A stretch of 64,000 nucleotides of DNA from Lingula anatina (Eukaryota; Animalia; Brachiopoda), in NCBI GenBank assembly GCA_051362555.1, contig CM120646.1, positions 21,204,001-21,268,000 on the forward strand. Reading direction: 5' to 3'. The notes under the pieces were generated by a model. That model was given only the letters and a program-made list of their open reading frames with translations. It had not been told where the DNA came from and made no database searches. Both the position numbers and the translations under genes were made by a program. Of this stretch, positions 63,485 to 64,000 are shown piece by piece; positions within the stretch are counted from its first letter, which is position 1; each line of letters opens with the position of its first letter.

Positions 63485-64000
63485 CAGTGCTTTTTTATTT
63501 CATCTTCAAATTTCTTATAGACAGGTGATATGATTAGGATGTGAGAGACAGAGCACTTGGCTTAAGCATCACTTGCACTTTACAAGTCTTGCCATTTCCA
63601 GATAATTTTATCTGAAATACTGGTATCAGGTGTGTATACGGGATTGCAATGAAGTTGCTTAACATAGGTACATGTTCCTCACGTTGTATAATGTGATTTA
63701 TTCATCACAATTCAGATTTAAGATAGGACAACAAATGACTTGCCCAAGTCCCATTCCAGACATGTTAATGTGATATTCAATACAAATTCACATTCCAGAT
63801 GTGATAACATGATTTTCATCCCAATTCACATTCCAGATGAGCAAAAACACTGCTTTTATCTCTTTATGTTCTTTGTATTACATATATTTAATTATTAACT
63901 ATTTTTATAGGATATTATTATTATTATTAATACTCAAGAGAAGTGAAGTGAGAACTGAATCTCTATGCATTCTAATTTCCATTTAATTAACACAGGGTTG

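Larger units (their letters stand above)
43905..64000 (+). repeat. Tandem segmental duplication unit 3 (more diverged, incomplete at window end)
   Basis: Colinear with units 1 and 2, with extra insertions at 48501-50390, 50660-52496 and 58197-59735. Confidence 0.85.

Overview
AT-rich, intron-rich eukaryotic DNA. The repeat content is invertebrate-like and possibly molluscan, but the taxon cannot be fixed from sequence alone. Almost the whole window is a cluster of four paralogous genes encoding VWA + double-Cache single-pass membrane proteins of the CACHD1 / alpha2delta family. Gene A is divergent, on the minus strand (7080 to <1) and runs off the window. It sits head-to-head with three complete 23-coding-exon plus-strand copies: B (9336-22575), C (27149-40375) and D (45036-63484), each about 1140 aa. 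The array is being reshuffled. C looks like a D/B unequal-crossover chimera, and A and B share near-identical Cache exons but not VWA exons. A has lost MIDAS residues. A 67-bp minisatellite has amplified an exon end plus splice donor (2, 2 and 10 copies). A MITE occupies the same 5' site in C and D in opposite orientations. The cytoplasmic tails carry PSAP, PPxY and YxxPhi motifs. Introns and spacers hold Helentron-associated (HINE-like) elements, a DIRS/Ngaro tyrosine-recombinase retrotransposon fragment, a duplicated LINE fragment and several MITEs. Exon boundaries and identities were read by eye, not computed.
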